Below are positions 32,601-47,600 of a DNA stretch of 64,000 nucleotides, in pieces (the first letter of the stretch is position 1; each line of letters starts with the position of its first letter). A model generated the notes under the pieces. The model searched no databases and had not been told where the DNA came from. It saw only the letters and a program-made list of their open reading frames with translations. Source of the DNA: Fistulifera solaris. Lineage: Eukaryota. A program made the translations under genes and the position numbers. The stretch is taken from NCBI GenBank assembly GCA_030295235.1, contig AP026124.1, positions 806,001 through 870,000 on the forward strand. The letters run 5' to 3'.

Positions 32601-35600
32601 TCCTCATGTTGAGAATCTTGACGCCGTCACTGTTGAGGCTTTCAAGAATATCCCTGGCATCCCTCTTCCGAAAAAAGTCTCCTCACTTGACAGGGCGAAG
32701 AAAGTGGAGGAAGCATTTGAATGGTTACGGAATAATGACCCCAATTCGGATGAATTGGACGAAACGGCTCTAATGGCCATTGCCAATCTGAGTGGAGTTC
32801 CGATTCCGCGAAAGATTCTGTCTTCGGAAGAAAAGACAAAACTTGCAGAACAAGCATTTGTGTGGCTAAGAAATAATGATGGAATCGATGCAAACGACGT
32901 TGGACTGCCTGTTGTAGCAGCCTTAGCCGACTTGTCCGGGATTCCACTTCCGCAGAAGAAGGTGACAACAGAGTCAAGAAAGGAGACCGTGGCTGACGCA
33001 CTGCACTGGCTCCGAACACACGATACGCTACATTTGGATGATACAACCGCTTTAGCCCTGGCGAATGTGGCTAACCTAGCACTTGATATACCACGAGGAA
33101 GAGAAAGGGCTAAGCTTTTCGATGATGCGATGCATTGGATAAGAAAAAACAAGGTGAACGTCAATGACGTGGATGAGCCGACCTTGCGAACTCTCGCTGA
33201 AGTATCCGGAATAGATTTACCGAAGGGCAAACTGACGGCATCTGCCAAAAGAGAGGTCTCAACGATATAATGGAGTGGCTTCGAAGCAGCCAAATCACAC
33301 ATGAAAACCTGGACGATCCAGCCTTGCATGCTCTTGCCAAGGTCGCACATATGAAGTTACCGAACAAGCGCCCAATGCCCTCTAACAGCCAAGCTCTTAT
33401 AGATAAGGCCTTACATTGGATCCGAGATAATAATCCCAAGTTGAAGAACGTCGACGACCCAAGCTTGCGAGCTCTCTCGAATCTTGCCGGACTTTCGTTA
33501 CCGAAAGGGAATCTATCCTTGTCTGCGAAGAAAAGCATTTTTGACGATACGCTGCAATGGCTTCGAAAGAATCAAGTCAGAGAGGAAGACATAGACTACC
33601 CGACTCTACTTGCTCTTGCCAACGTCGCAGGGTTGCCTCTCGAAAAAATCCCTTCGACGAATGATGAGATCGTAGATTCCGCTCTTAATTGGATCAGACA
33701 TAAAACACCCAAGTCCAGTGATCTAGATGAACCAACGTTACGGGTTCTAGCAAAGCTCGCCGGGGTCGATTTGCCCAAATCGAAACTCAGCGCCGATGCT
33801 ATGCGAAAAGGGCTACACGACACCGTCAAATGGCTTCGGAACAACGATGTGAGGCAAATTGAACTCAGCGAACCGACAATAGATGCGCTCGCAATTCTGG
33901 CGGATATTCCCTTACCGGGTGGTCGTTGTCAACAAGCGCTTGATAGGAGGAGACTCTTCAAAGATTCTGTAAAATGGCTCCGATCAAATACTCCGAAGAT
34001 CTCGTCAGTCGGCGAACCTGATTTACGGACTCTGGCGGAGTTGGGTGGAATTTCTTTGGCTGTTGGGAAGCTCACTTTGCTGGATAAGACAAACGCTCTT
34101 CATGATGTGCACGAATGGATACGAAACAGCATCTTGAATTACAGTGAATTCGACGATCCTACTTTACGTGCCCTCGCCAATATAGCTGGAATTCCGCTTC
34201 CAGCATCGATGGACTTGCCGAAGAATGTTCAAGAAGAGGTCGACGTGGCTTTGGAGTGGATTCGCAACAACCACCCAAAAGCTAACGAAATCGACGACCC
34301 TACCTTACGCATATTGACCGATCTTTCTGGCACAAACCTGCCCAAAGGAAAGTTGTTCCCTTCTAGTCGGCAGAAAGCACTTGACGATTCTCTGCAGTGG
34401 ATCCGTCAAAATGACTTGCAGGCCAAGAACCTAGACCAACCGACCATCTCGGCCTTGCAAAAGCTAACTGGTATCGTGTTACCTCGATCAAAAATGACAA
34501 CTCACGAGAGGATTGTCGAAGACGTCCTGCAGTGGCTCAGATGCAACGACCCCGACGCTAGTAAGGTTGATGACCCTACCTTACGAACATTGACCAATCT
34601 TTGTGGAATCAAGTTACCGAACCGCAAGCTTCACCTTAAGGAGAAGCAGCAAGCTCTTGATGGGGCTGTACGGTGGCTTCGTGAAAACAGGTTCGAAGTG
34701 GCAGGGTTGGACGATCCTGTAGTACAAGCTCTTGCCACTTTATCAGGGACAAAAACGCCTTTTTTGGTTGCCACGCCATCCTCCACCGATCAAATGGTGA
34801 AAGATGCTATTGAATGGTTGAGACACAACTCTCCCCAAGTAAAGGATATTGACGACCCAAGCTTACTGGCTCTAACGCGAATGAGTGGAGGGGATCCTGT
34901 TGAGGTTTTTAAAGCCAATCCGGAAGGGAAGCAGAAAGCTTTGGATCATGCATTAGAGTGGCTTCGTAACAACGAAGTGTTCTTCGGAGACCTTGACGAT
35001 CCTGAAATCAAGGCCCTTGCCAACCTTTCTGGCATTTCGCTACCGATTGAAGCAGGATTGCCTATTGACAAAAAAGTCAACTGTTGACAAAGTTTTACGA
35101 TGGCTACGCGAGAATAATACTCCAAGCCCCGAGGACCTGGACGAAGATACCATACGCACCTTGGCAAAACTTGCAGGGCGGCCGCTACCACGTGGCGGTG
35201 TCTCCTACGAGAAAAGGGAGAAATCGCTTGAACACTCCGTAGACTGGTTACGAAATAATCGTCTTGATGCCGAAGGCCTCGATGAGCCCACTCTTCAAGC
35301 ACTAGCGAACTTGGCTGGGATTCCAGCTGTTCGTGTTTCGGGCTCTATTCAAAGTCAGCAAGCGACGGTAATGAAGGATGCTCTTGAGTGGCTCAGGAAC
35401 AACAATGTAACAGCAGCAGACTTAAATGATCCCTCAGCACTCGAGGCTCTTTTCGATCTGGCAGAGATCGAATTCCCTGAAGGACTTAGAGTTGATGGAA
35501 GTAAAACGATTGAAGATTGTTTGAATTGGTTACGTAGCAACGAACTCAATCCGAACGAGTTGGACGACCCGATTATTCAAGCTTTTGCTAATATGACAGG

Positions 35601-38600
35601 TTTACCTCTACCTGGGGATTCACTATCAAGGGATCAGAAGGACTTAATTGTTGAAAATGTCTTAGACTGGCTAAAGGAGAATGAGCCGAACCTAGAGGAC
35701 ATGGACGGACCCAGTATTCGCATTCTTTCCAACCTGGCTGGAAAACCACTCCCTAAAGGAAAGATGACGAAAAATGCAAAGAAGAAGGCTCTGGACGATT
35801 CAGTCGAGTGGCTCCGCAGCAACAGACTTAATGGAGAGTCGCTCAGTGAGCCAGTCGTCAAAGCACTCGCAGATTTGGCTGGTGTTTTGTTACCACGTGG
35901 ATCTATTCCTGATGAAGAAAAGGCACGAGTCGTCGCCGATGCATTAAGCTGGGTTCGAGGCAATAACTCACCATCCGTGAATGACGTTGACGAGCCGACC
36001 TTGCGAGCCCTTAGTTCTCTGGCAGGACAGCCTCTACCACGCGGTAGATTATCCCAACCGGAGAAAATTCAAGCCCTCGCTGATGCATTGAATTGGTTGA
36101 GAGCTAACACCCCGATTATCGCTTTTTGGATGATCCATGCGTTCATGCTTTGGCAAATCTCGTTGGAATCACTTTACCTGGTTCCAAGCTGATACCTGAC
36201 GCCACAAAGCAGGTTATTCTCGACGAAGTTCAGGAGTGGATGAGAAACAGCACACCGAAGGCCTGTGACATTGACGAGCAGGGCCTTCGACGACTTGCGA
36301 GCCTTGCAGGAATCGAGCTTCCCCATGGCAAAGTATCTTCTGCGGCAAAGCAAAAAGCTCTTGATGACACACTTATCTGGATGAGGACAAACGATACAGA
36401 CCCAAGGAAAGTAGACGATCCTTGCCTTCACGCTCTAACTACACTTTCTGGAATTCCCTTTCCTCGCGGTGACATCCCACTCCACCACAAAAAAACTGTC
36501 ACGGAACAAGTTTTGTCATGGGTTCGAGCCAACAATCCGGTTGCAGATGACATCGACGAGCCAACTTTGCGTACTCTTTCGACAATGGCAGGCACCCCGC
36601 TCCCAAAGGGGAAACTGAATTCCCTGGTAAAACAGGAAGCGCTGAACAATGTTGTTGAATGGTTGCGAAGAACGAACCCCGATCCGTACAACATTGATGA
36701 CCCCTCAATCTTGGCACTGGCGAACGTAGCCAATATCAAAATGCCAAATGGTGACATTCCTTTGGACCAGAAACGTCAAGTTCTTCAGTACGCTTTGGAG
36801 TGGGTGCGACACAGTGATGCAAAGCCTGAAAACCTTGATGATTTTTGTATTCGCGCATTATCGAATTTAGCCGGGTCCCCTCTCCCTCGTGGTCCACTCT
36901 CTCGAAAGGACAAGAAAACGGCATCTGAGAACGTGTTGAAATGGTTAAGAAACAACCAGCCAAACCCGGCTGATCTAGATGACAGTACTATTCAAGCCCT
37001 TGGGAATCTTTGTGGAATTCCGTTGCCTACTATAAGTATTCCGAAGCATAAAAAGCAGCTGTTGCTTGACGCTGCGATGGATTGGATTCGCGTTCATGAC
37101 CCCAAATCAAATGATTTGGATGAGCCGACTATCAAAGCTTTGGCGACAATCACAGGGATTCCGATGCCAAAAGGCAGACTATCTCGACCGAAAAGTGAAA
37201 AGATCCTACGTGACGCAATCACATGGTTGAGAAGTAATACACTTGATCCAAATGACCTTGATGATCCATCAATTCACGCGCTTTCGACACTTACAGGTAT
37301 TCCTCTAGCGCGGGGAGCTATACCCGTCGAAAAGAAGCAAATCGTGCTTGAAAACGCTCTCCAATGGATACGAGATAACAAACCAAAAGCGGAAGAACTA
37401 GACGAACCAACTGTGCGGACGCTGTCAACTCTTGTCGGCACTCCCCTACCTCCAGGTAAGCTTTCCCGTCTACAAAAAGAGAAAGCTTTAGGTGATGCGG
37501 TCGAGTGGCTGAGACATAACAAGCCGGATGCATATCTTCTTGACGATCCAGCAGCCCATGCACTCGCAAGCCTTTCGGGGTTATCCTTACCCCGTGGAGA
37601 TTTGCCTATTCACAAGAAACGCCCTGTTGTTGAGGACGCAACGGAGTGGTTACGAAATCATCAACTAAACGTTGCTGATATAAGTGAACCTGAATTGCGT
37701 GCTCTCATAAATCTCGCCGGAAAACCCTTGCCACGTGGAAGACTTACTTCGAAGGACAAAACAGAAGCCTTAGACAAAGCTATTCAATGGCTTCGTCATA
37801 ACGATGTTGACCCAAATGACATTGACGACCCGACCGTCTTTGCGTTATCATCCCTCGCCGGGTTTCCTTTGCCGAAAGGTCAGATTCCTTACGAAGATAA
37901 AGCACCAATTGTAGCAGACTCTCTCGATTGGATTAGAGAGAACAATAATGTAACACCCGGTGATTTGGATGAACCATCCGTCCGTGTCCTCTCGACGTTG
38001 GCTGGAATCTCGCTTCCTGTTCGCAAGCTTACTCCACGAGAGAAGAAGGAGGCGATCGACAGCTCAATGGCCTGGATGCGTGAAACAACGCTCGATCCGC
38101 ACGACTTAGATGACCCCGCAATCCATGCCCTTGCCAACTTAGCTGGACTATCGCTTCCGAAAAGATCTTTATCAAAAGCCCAAAAGACAGCTGTCTTGGA
38201 GGACTCACTGGAATGGCTGAGATCAAAGAGTGTTAGTTTTGAACATCTCGACGCTCCTGCGCGCGTTCTTCTTTCAAATCTCACCAACAAAGCACTAGAG
38301 ATTCCTCCCAAAGTTCAGTCGAAAAGGGATAGATTTGAAGATGCCGTTGAATGGATTCGTGGAAACAACATCAATCCCGATGATGTGGATGAGCCAGCCC
38401 TTGTTGCTTTATCGAATATGTCTGGTATTCCACTTCCCAAGGGAAAGATTCCGGTGAAACAGAAAGAAAAAGCTCTCAAATCAGCCTTGGATTGGATCAA
38501 GAATCATGAATCGCTTCCAGATGATCTTGACGAGCCGTCGATCAGGTGTCTTTCGAGCTTAGCGGGATTACCTTTGCCCAGAGGCAAATTGTCTGATCCG

Positions 38601-41600
38601 GTGAAGAAAAAATCTTTGGATGAGGCAATCGAATGGCTTACACACAACTCGCCCGATGTACACAACATCGATGATCCAACCACTTATGCATTAGCCAATC
38701 TTGGGCGCGCGCCGATTCCTGAATATTCCATTCCTTTTGAGAAGAAAGCCCCAATAGTGGAGGAATCACTGGCGTGGGTCCGTGATAATGAACCCAATAT
38801 GAACAACCTTAGTGAACCCGCTTTGCGTTGCCTGGCGAATTTAGCGCACATTCCGTTATCCAGAAGCAAACTTTCCACCCCCGAAAAGGAAAAGGTTCTT
38901 GGTGATGTTGTCAATTGGTTGCGATCGAACGAAGTTCATATCCAAAACCTTGACGACCCCACAGTCCATGCTCTAAGTACTTTGGCGGGGCTTTCGATAC
39001 CTCAAGGCACAATTTCCATCGACAAGAAACGGAATGTCGTCCGAGATTCTCTCCAGTGGGTACGAAATAACGCACCGAGTGATGATAATGTAACTGAGCC
39101 GACTGTTCGAGCTCTTGCAAATCTCGCTGGAATTGTTCTTCCAAAAGGGACCCTTCCTAAACCAGCCAAAAGAAAAGCACTTGATGACGTCTTGGATTGG
39201 TTGCGGTCGAACGAACCTGACGTTTACGCCTTGGATGATCCAGAAGTTCATGCACTTGCATCAATTGCAAGTATTCCGATGCCAACGCCTGGTCGAGGAC
39301 TTGCCGAGAGCGTTAAACGCCCCGTAGTCGAGCAAGCGCTAGACTGGGCACGCAACAACCTAAGCGCTCCGGACGATTTGGATGAACAAACCGTTAGAGA
39401 ACTATCTAACTTGGGAGGAAAACCTTTGTCACGGGGACGACTTTCCAAGCCAGCAAAAAGAAGGCGCTAAATGATGCAATAGCGTGGCTTCGTGATAATC
39501 AACCCAACCCAGATGAGCTGTGTGATCCATCAGTTTACGCGCTTGCGAAATTGGCCTCGGTTCCGTTACCACAAGGACTTATACCACTTGAACAGAAAGA
39601 AGATGTATTAAAGACAACACTGGAGTGGATTCGCAACAACGAACCGAAGCTTGGTGACTTGGACGGACCAACCTTGCGCTGCCTGTCTAACCTAAGTGGG
39701 ACGCCCCTCCCAGTAGGAAAGATGAAACCATCCGAAGAAAAGGTTGTCCTGAACAATGTAGTGGAGTGGTTGAGACAGAACGACCCCAATCCCAATGAAT
39801 TGGACGACCCAACAATTGCGGCTCTGGCCAACTTGTCTGGAATTCAGCTTTTCCCAAGGGATCTCCCAATCGCGACGAAAAAAGCCATCTTAGACGATTC
39901 ACTGGAATGGCTTCGCAACTCTAGACTAAGGCCCGAGGACTTGGACGAGCCCTCTCTTCGAGCTCTTGCAAACTTGGCCGCTGTACCAATACCCCAAGGA
40001 GGTGTCCCTTCTGAAGTAAAAAAGAAGACTTTGGATGTCGTTGTGAATTGGGCACGAGTGAACACCCCAGATTTGGCTGATGTTGACGATCCCACTCTTC
40101 ACACTTTGGCTAATCTAGCAGGGACTCCAATTACCACCAAAAATATACCGTTGGAGCACAAACAACATGTCGTCCCAACTTCTTTTGATTGGTTGAGAAT
40201 GAACACTCCAAGCAAAAGGATTTGACGGAGCCATCGTTGCGGGCACTCGCAAATCTCTCTGGCTTGTCTCTTCCTCAGAGGAAACTTTCGCCAGAGGAAA
40301 TAGAGAATGGATTTGATGATGTACTGGAGTGGCTCCGCACCAACTCGCCTGACATCGAAGAAATGGATGACCCAACTCTTCACGCTCTAGCAAATTTGAG
40401 CAGCGTTCCTATTCCTCGTGGAAACATTCCATTAAAAAGCAAGAACTCCATTATTGACCAAACTGTAAACTGGATTCGCAAGAAACACACCGTCATTGGA
40501 GACGTCGACGAGCCGACTGTCAGAGTGCTGTCAAATTTAGCGGGGCGTCCTCTTCCACCAGGCAAGCTACCTGCCGCTTTGAAGCAGAAGGCACTAGATG
40601 ACGCAATTGAATGGCTCAGACATCATAAACCTCATCCGCATGATGTTGATGACCCAACAACTATCGCGCTGGCTAGCATTGCGGGTTTATCGATTCCCAG
40701 AGGCAACATTCCGATCGAAAAGAAGGGGCCTGTTTTGAAAGATTGTCTTGATTGGGTCCGAAATAACCCTGTCAGTCCCGACGATGTAGATGAATCCACT
40801 TTGCGCACTCTGTCCAATCTAGCAGGCTCGCCGCTTCCACAAAGAAAGCTCTCCCCAACTGAAAAGAGAGATTTGTTGGACAAAGCAGTCGACTGGCTTA
40901 GACGAAACAATCCGAATCCATCAGACCTTGATGACCCAACTATGTATGCTTTGTCAAATCTCTTCGGGATGCCGCTACCACGCGGTGAAATACCCGTTTC
41001 TAAGAAAGTGTCAGTTATCAAGACGTCACTTGAATGGATCCGCAACAATGACCCTTCACCAGACGATATTGACGAACCCGCGCTTCGTGTCCTTTCTAAC
41101 ATGGTCGGACATCCTCTACCACGAGGTGGAATCCCTGCTACGTCAAAAGCAAAGGCCCTCGATGAAGTTGTTGAATGGCTGCGAAACAACAACCCAGATC
41201 CATTCGTGGTTAGTGACCCAACGACAATAGCACTAGCTAATCTCGCGGGCGTCCCCGTTCCGAAGGCGGGGCTACCTTGTGACCAAGTTGAACGTTTAGT
41301 TCAAGATACACTTGAATGGCTCCGAAAGAGTAACTCGATCCCAGATGTTACCGACGAACCATCCTTGCGAGCGCTATGCAGCCTTGCAGGTGCCCCGCTT
41401 CCCAGAGGTAGACTAACCTCAGCGCAGAAGGAAAATGCTATGCATGGTGTGGTAGACTGGTTACGGAACAACAACCCTGATCCTTACGATATTGATGACC
41501 CGACTGCCGTAGCACTCGCCAACCTGGGCGGACTTCCGACGCCGTTAGTTGACACCGTCGTTGAACAGAGGGCTCCACTTGTTGAAAGCGTTCTGGACTG

Positions 41601-44600
41601 GCTTCGATCAACCAATCCTGACTTGAATGATATCGATGAGCCCACGATTGCCGTTATTTGCAACTTGCCAAACGGTGACAAGCTTCAACCAAAGATTCCT
41701 GAATTGAGTGATGACCAGGTCGTTGATAACGTCATGGACTGGCTTCGAAATAACACACCTGGCGATGAGGAAGTTGATGATCCGACTGTTAACGCCTTGG
41801 CTAATTTATCCGGTATCCCGCTACCGCGTGGAACTATTCCTCTCGATCAATCTCGCCCCATAATCGACGCGGGACTGGACTGGGTACGACGAAATGAACC
41901 GAAGTGCGATGATCTAAGCGAACCCGATTTACGCGCCTTGTGCAACCTGGCAGGATGTCCTCTTCCGCGCGGACGCCTCGCTTATCCTGAGAAAGATAAG
42001 GCTTTCAATGACGTTATGGACTGGCTCAGAATCAACAGACCCGATCCAAATGAAGTCGACGACCCAACCACAGTGGCACTAGCCAACTTAATGGGTGTCC
42101 CTTTACCACGGCGATCTATCCCGGCTGACAAAAGAAGTTTGTCATCGAGGAGTCAGTTGACTGGGTTCGTCATAATCAACCTACTGTCGACTATTTGAAG
42201 GAACCGGACTTGCGTGCTCTGGCGAACCTGGCATCAGTCCCGCTCCCTCAAGGAAAACTTTCACCTGAAGTAAAGGAGAGTGCACTTGACGAAATCGTTG
42301 ATTGGTTACGCAAGAACGATCCCAGCCCACTTGATTTGGATGATCCGACCATCCATGCACTTTCAACGCTCTCTGGTGTCCCTCTTCCGAGGGGTAACAT
42401 GCCACTGGAAAAGAAACGTGCTGTTGTTGAAGACAGCCTTGATTGGTGCCGTATCAACAAACCGAAACCAGAAGAAGTTTCAGAACCCAACGTTCGAACT
42501 CTTTCGAATTTGGCAGGAATCCATCTCAACCCCGGCCGACTCCAGCCCGATGAAAAATCGAAAGCATTAGATGACGTGATGGACTGGCTGAGGAGTCACA
42601 ATCCCGAGCCCTCCGAGCTTGATGATCCATCTGTAATTGCATTGTCAAACATCTCGGGCGTCCCGCTACCGAACGGAGAAATCCCTACGGAAGGCAAGAA
42701 AGTCATTATCGACGATGCGCTTGAATGGGTTCGTCACAACGAACCAACACCAGATGTTCTCAAGGAGCTTGATCTCAGAGCTCTTTCAAACCTTGCTGGT
42801 TTTCCTCTCCCCGAGGCACACTCAGACCGTCTCAGAAAACCGACGCATTTGAGGACATCGTTGAGTGGCTTCGCCATAATAACCCGGATCCGAACAATGT
42901 TGACGATCCCACGACACAGGCGCTCGCAAACTTGGCAGGTTTGCCGATGCCAAGAGGGATCCGTGCCATCCCTATTGAAAAGAAACGCCCTGTGATAAAA
43001 GAAGTTATGGACTGGATTCGTAACAATGAAGTTGCGCCTGAAGACGTTGATGAACCCACACTGAGAGAGCTGTCGATTTTAGCGGGATCGCCGTTACCAA
43101 ATGGAAGACCGACACCAAAAGAGAAAGAGGAGTCTTTAGATAATGTGATGCAATGCTTGAGACGAAACGAGCCCAATCCCGATGATGTTGAAGATCCTAC
43201 AACACAAGCGCTATGCAACCTGTCCGGACTCCCGCTACCACGTGTGGACGTTCCCCTTCCGAGCAAAAGAGCTGTGGTCGAGGACGCAGTTGATTGGATC
43301 AGGCATAATCGCCCTCAACCTGCAACCGTTTCAGAGCCCGACTTGCGTGCCCTCGCAAATCTCAGCGGGGTTGCACTTCCCAATCGAAAGCTTTCCCCTC
43401 AAGAGAAAGCGGAAACTCTAGATGAAGTCATGGATTGGTTACGGCATAACAAGCCGGACCCCAAAGATCTTGACTCACCATCAACATTAGCGTTGTCGAA
43501 TATTGCCGGAGTACCGATCCCTCGTGGTTTCATTCCACGTGAAGAAAAACAACCTGTCGTCGAACAAGCCTTGGACTGGCTCCGCACGCGTGAACCGAGT
43601 CTGGAAGATTTTGACGAGCCTACATTACGAGCTCTCACAAATATGGCCGGTGTACCACTCAGTCCGGGAACACCATCTCAGTCCGATAAAGAGCAAGCTG
43701 TCGCTGATGTCATGGACTGGATCCGCTCCAAAGACCCTCACCCGGATGATTTGGACGACCCAGTAGTGCATGCACTTGCAAATATTGCAGGTTTGCCTGT
43801 CCCACGCGGTGAGATCCCTGTTGACCAAAAAGAAACCTGTAATTGATGACGCCATCGACTGGTTGAGGCATAACACACCAACGCCAGATGATATTGATGA
43901 GCCGACGCTTCGACAACTATCGAACTTGGCAGGAAAACCCTTGCAACGTGGACATCTTTCGTCTCCGGATAAGCAGAATGCATTAGAAGATGTAATTGAT
44001 TGGTTGAGGGAGAATAAACCGAAACCCGAGCACATCGATGATCCAACTACGATAGCACTGGCCAACATTTCAGGCGTGCCTTTACCTAAGGGTTCGCTTC
44101 CAATGAATGAAAGAAAACCAATTATTGAAAGTACCATGGAATGGATTCGTAGAAATGAACCGGCACCCGAAAACCTTGATGAACCGTCATTGCGCGTACT
44201 TGCTAGTCTCACTGGTCATCCTGTTCCTCGTGGTGCAATTTTGCCTCACAAGAAGAAAGATATAGTCGATGATGCTATTGAATGGTTGCGTTCGCATGAT
44301 CCTCGCCCAGAAGATCTTGACGATCCGACAATAACGGCGCTGGCTAATCTTATTGGACTTCCACAACCCTCTCCTCAACCAGTAAAACAGAAGGGACCAG
44401 TGTTAGAAGAGGTCTGTGACTGGCTACGAAACAACAAACCCCAAAAGAAAAGCATCGATGAGCCGACTCTCTCTTCGTTGTGTAATCTAGCTGGAATTCC
44501 GCACCCTCCTCGCGCAGTTGGAGAAGTTCCAGTACAGAAAGCGATCGATGATGTCGTAGATTGGCTTCGAGCCCATGAGCCGAGTTTGGAGGACATTGAT

Positions 44601-47600
44601 GAGCCCACTGCTACTACTTTGGCGAATATTGCCGGATTGCCACTTTCTGGAAATCCAAATCCCACGAAGGAAGAGGTAATAAGGGATGTCATGGACTGGA
44701 TACGCACCAACGAACCGGAACCTGATCATTTAGACGAGCCTACAGTACGTGCTTTAACAAACCTTGCTGGAATTCCGCTGAAACCGGGGCGTCTATCTCC
44801 TTCAGAGAAAAAAGAAGCACTGGATGACGCATTGGACTGGATTCGAAACAATGAGCCGTCCCCGCAAGACGTAGACGGGCCTGCAACAGAAGCTTTAGTT
44901 AATATCGCGGGACTTCCGATTCCCCGAAGACAGGTTCCTGCTGTAGAGAAAGAATACATCATCGACGAAGCAATAGACTGGATTCGTCACAACGAACCGA
45001 AGTCCAAGAATGTAACCCAGCCTGACTTGGTTGCTCTCACAAACTTGGCTGGTTTGCCCAACCCGACGAATCCCACTCCTCCACAGAAAGATAAAGTTGT
45101 TGACGACGTCGTTGACTGGCTGCGACACAACGACCCGAATCCTAGCAATGTGGACGAGCCAACAATGGCGGCACTGGCCAATATCGCTGGCATTCCGCTT
45201 CCACAGGGACTTGTTACACCGAGTGATAAAAAGAAGGCAATTGAAGACGTAATGGACTGGGCAAGACAGAAAGATCCAATTCCTGGCGATATCGACGAAC
45301 CATCTACACAGAAGCTTGCCCGTCTCGCTAAGGTTCCTCTCCCTACAAACCCAGTCAAGAAAAAGGCTTTGGATGATGTTATGGATTGGTTGAGAACGAA
45401 TCCCAGTGTTCACGAGATCGACGAACCAACTGCTCGAGTACTGGCGGACCTATCCGGCCAACCTCTTCCGAAGATAAAAATGTCTCCAGCCGAAAAGTCT
45501 GTATTGCTTGATGACATTGTTGAATGGCTAAGGAATAACGAACCAACCCCGACTTCTTCGATGAACCAACTCTTCACGCTCTAGCGAACATTGCTGATGT
45601 GCCTCAACCATCGAAGGAACTTCCTATAGAAGACAAACACCGTGTCCTTGACGAAGCGATGGAATGGATTCGCAGCAATGAACCCAAAGCTGAAGACGTG
45701 GACGTGCCAACACTTTGTTCTCTGGCAAATCTCGCCAATATACCAATACCAGAAAAACCATTGACAGAACCAGAGAAGAAAACGCTTGTTGAGGACTCGT
45801 TAGACTGGCTCCGTTCTAATCGTCCGAATGTTGATCTGGATGAGCCGACCTTGATTACTGTTGCAAATATCGCAGGCGTTCCGGTTCCTAAATCCTTGAC
45901 TACGGAAGACAAGACAAGTATAGTTGATGATACAGTAGACTGGCTGCGAAACCACCCTCCAGAACCAGACAACGTATCAGAACCAGAAGCAAAAGCTATT
46001 GCCTCCCTTGCTGGCGTTCCTCTCCCTAAAAAGCTTCCGCTGCCAATAAAAGAAAAGATCTTGGATGATGTCGTGGACTGGCTGAGGAAAAATGAACCTG
46101 CAGCGGAAGTGTTCGATCTTCCGACTGTCTCAGCCATAGCAAATCTGACAGGGGTCAACTTACCGTCAATAATACCACCCGAGGAAGCGAAGAGGACGGT
46201 GGATGATACTTTGGAATGGATCCGCTCTAACGAGCCGAACCCATCAAGTATTGATGAACCTACACTCATTTCTCTCGCCAACGTAACGGGCACACCACTT
46301 CCAAACATGACGTCTCCCGAAGATAAGCAAAAGTTTATTGATGATTCTCTTGATTGGATTCGACAAAACCCTCCCACGCCAGAAGATGTGGATACACCGA
46401 CGCTTGGTGCATTAACGAACCTAGCTGGAGTTCCCAACCCGAGTCGCCCATTGGGACCTCAGGAAAAGAAACATGTGATAGACGACGTGGTAGATTGGCT
46501 AAGGAGAAATGAACCTAACCCAGATGACGTTGACCAGCCAACCCTTCTTGCGATGACTAATTTGGCAGGAACCCCTTTTCCTCTAACTGAGCTGGCTCTT
46601 GAACCTTCTGAGGAACCATCGTTTGACTGGACCCGACAGAAAGGTCCGAAGTATGGTTTGGGAAACCCAACTCGTCCACAACTGAGTAACCTCCCCATCG
46701 TTCCTGTCAATGCGCTACCACTCGACGAAAGAAAGCAAGCAGTTGAAGATGCGCTTGACTGGTTGCGAAACAATGAGCCTCCACTGGACGATGTTGACGA
46801 GCCAACGCTACGAGCATTCACCAACTTAGCTCAAGTTCCTTTGCCCACGGAAATGAGCCCAGAAGATAAAGCCAAAACGGTGGATGACTTCATGGAGTGG
46901 ATCCGAAGCAATGAACCAAAACCGGGTGATATTGATCTACCGACTCTCACTTCATTGGCAAATATTGCTGGTGTTCCAGTAACAAAAAGCTATCGCCTGA
47001 GGACAAGAAGAAAGTTCTTGACGATTCAATTGATTGGCTACGTAATAATACACCCAATCCCGAAGATCTTGACAATCCCATTGTCACTAGCATCGCGAAC
47101 ATGGCAGGTTTGCCGATGCCAGAAAATACGAAGCCCGAAGACAAGGTCAAGGCTATGGAGGAAGCTATCGATTGGATAAGGAACAAAAACCCTGATGAAC
47201 TTTTGCAGCCTAGCGGTTTCGTGCCGAATAATTTGAGCGGAGTGGAACTCCCCCACCGAACAGGGAAAAAGATGTCGAGACTGTCATGGATTGGCTACGA
47301 AGCAAAGGTGCTAATATACCCGACGAGGAGCCGGAACCCCTAACATCCAAAAACATTCCCCCGGTGCCAGTAAAGAAGCCGGAACAAAAGACCAAGGCAA
47401 TGGAAGATGCCATTGATTGGCTTCGTAACAAGAAGCCAGGACACCCCAATGAAGAAATCAGTCCCATACAATTTCAAAACATACCCTCTGTCGATGGAAT
47501 ACCACAGCCTCAGGATACACCAAGCTGGGATTGGAACCGCAACCGCTATCCACCAGGAATCGACGAACCTCTTCCTTTAGAGTATCCTAGGGCACCAGGA

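Noticed and set aside
30830..47450. Satellite DNA or a cluster of separate paralogous genes
   Set aside because: Conservation is at protein level with diverged codons, and there are no intergenic gaps or separate starts.
30830..47450. Assignment of the 47-aa unit to ankyrin, TPR, HEAT, EF-hand or PPR families
   Set aside because: Length and consensus do not match the signatures I can recognise; a profile search is needed.
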